DNA of 64,000 nucleotides, from assembly GCA_951406725.2 (NCBI GenBank), contig OX597839.1:23374001-23438000 (forward strand), given 5' to 3'. The DNA is from Octopus vulgaris (taxonomy: Eukaryota). A program made the translations under genes and the position numbers. Under the pieces are notes generated by a model. That model made no database searches. It was not told the origin of the DNA and was given only the letters and a program-made list of their open reading frames with translations. Shown here piece after piece: positions 62,955 to 64,000 of the stretch; within the stretch, counting starts at the first letter, position 1; every line of letters starts with the position of its first letter.

Positions 62955-63629
62955 TTAAAGAGTTTATTGAAGGACAGTTCGTTACAGAATCAAGTGGCCA
63001 AGTAAACGAAAGGCAACTCCGTTAATTAAATGGTATAAGATGAGAGCAACTCATACATTTGTTATTGCAATTACTAAATAGAGATGATGCTATAATTAAA
63101 TCAAATTACAAGGTCAGGAATTTCAGGGAAGGGGGCTGGTCAATTACATCAACCCCAGTACATAACTGGTACTTATTTTATTGAGCTTGAAAGAATGAAA
63201 GGTACCTCAGTGGAATTTGAACTCAGAACATGAAGCTGGAGGAAATGTTGTTTAAGCGTTTTGTCTTGTGTGCTAACGATTCCACCATCTCACCACATTA
63301 AATCATTATTATAATAAATGATTTCAAATCTTGGCACAAGGCCAGCAATTTGGGGGGAGGGGGCAGGTCGATTACATTGACCCCAGTGTTTAGCTGATAC
63401 TTATTTTATTGACCCTGAAAGGATGAAAGGCAAAGTTAACCTTGATAGAATTTGAGCTCAGAACGTGAAGATAGTGGAAATGTTTAAACATTTTGTCCTC
63501 TGCTAACGATTCCACCATCTCACCACATTAAATTATAATTATAATTATTAAAAATAATTATTAAAAGGCTGATGATGTTATTAAAGGAAATGAAATTGCA
63601 ACAAATGAATCTGTTGTTTGTCTCTACAG

Positions 63630-63721
63630 AATATGAAGGCAGTCTTCGGAAACCGGTCTGTTCCAAATATGGACTTGGACTCTTCCAACAAATTTACCGA
63701 TCTGATGGAAAAACATTTAAT
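63630..63721 (+). CDS. VWA3B: VWA3B-like protein, next coding exon (92 nt)
   Basis: Acceptor ttgtttgtctctacag and donor AAT|GTGAGT. In phase with the previous exon, giving EYEGSLRKPVCSKYGLGLFQQIYRSDGKTFN, versus recalled VWA3B DYVASLGRPVASRYADGLFPQLYRAEDGRVYN. Confidence 0.82.
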
Positions 63722-64000
63722 GTGAGTAAGACTCCATACTGTTCTGTTTGTGATTGAGAGGAGGTGTGAGGGGGGAACGGAGGATTTAGATGAGGGTGGA
63801 TTATGTGCAGGGTGGAGGAATGTGTATGGGTACATGATGCGGGAAGAGAGTAGGTGCATGATGAAGGGGTGTGTAGTGATGAGGGAATACACAGAAATGA
63901 GTGGAGGTATGTGGCTTCGTGGTTAGGGATGTTGGACTCGTGATCATAAGATTGAGGTTTCAATTCTTGGACCAGGGGATGCATTGTGTTCTTAAGCAAG

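Noticed and set aside
63630-63721. Kazal domain (PVC...SDGKTFN)
   Set aside because: Spacing and cysteines do not fit; the VWA3B alignment explains both exons.

Overview
Eukaryotic, AT-rich, extremely repeat-dense DNA. The SINE/LINE families and microsatellite load are typical of a coleoid cephalopod (Octopus-like; inference). Almost all long ORFs in the track are microsatellite artefacts. One host gene is supported: the 5' end of a VWA3B-like gene on +, with coding exons 60676-60905 and 63630-63721 that splice in frame. A candidate first exon and ciliary-type promoter (RFX X-box plus forkhead site) lies at about 49010-49135. The rest is a layered transposon landscape: a near full-length but frameshifted RTE LINE (22435-26855, -) carrying a PHD-type finger inside its RT C-terminus, many truncated RTE tails, CR1-like and R4/Dong fragments, two DD37D and one DD34D Tc1/mariner relics, two non-autonomous Helitrons, piggyBac/hAT/mariner MITEs, at least four tRNA-derived SINE families and SINE-derived tandem arrays. 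The most unusual non-coding signals are six hammerhead-ribozyme-like motifs in short Penelope-LTR-like inserts (two sharing an atypical 2-nt insertion) and a 188-bp spacerless palindrome. All homologies are recognised by eye or from memory and need database confirmation.
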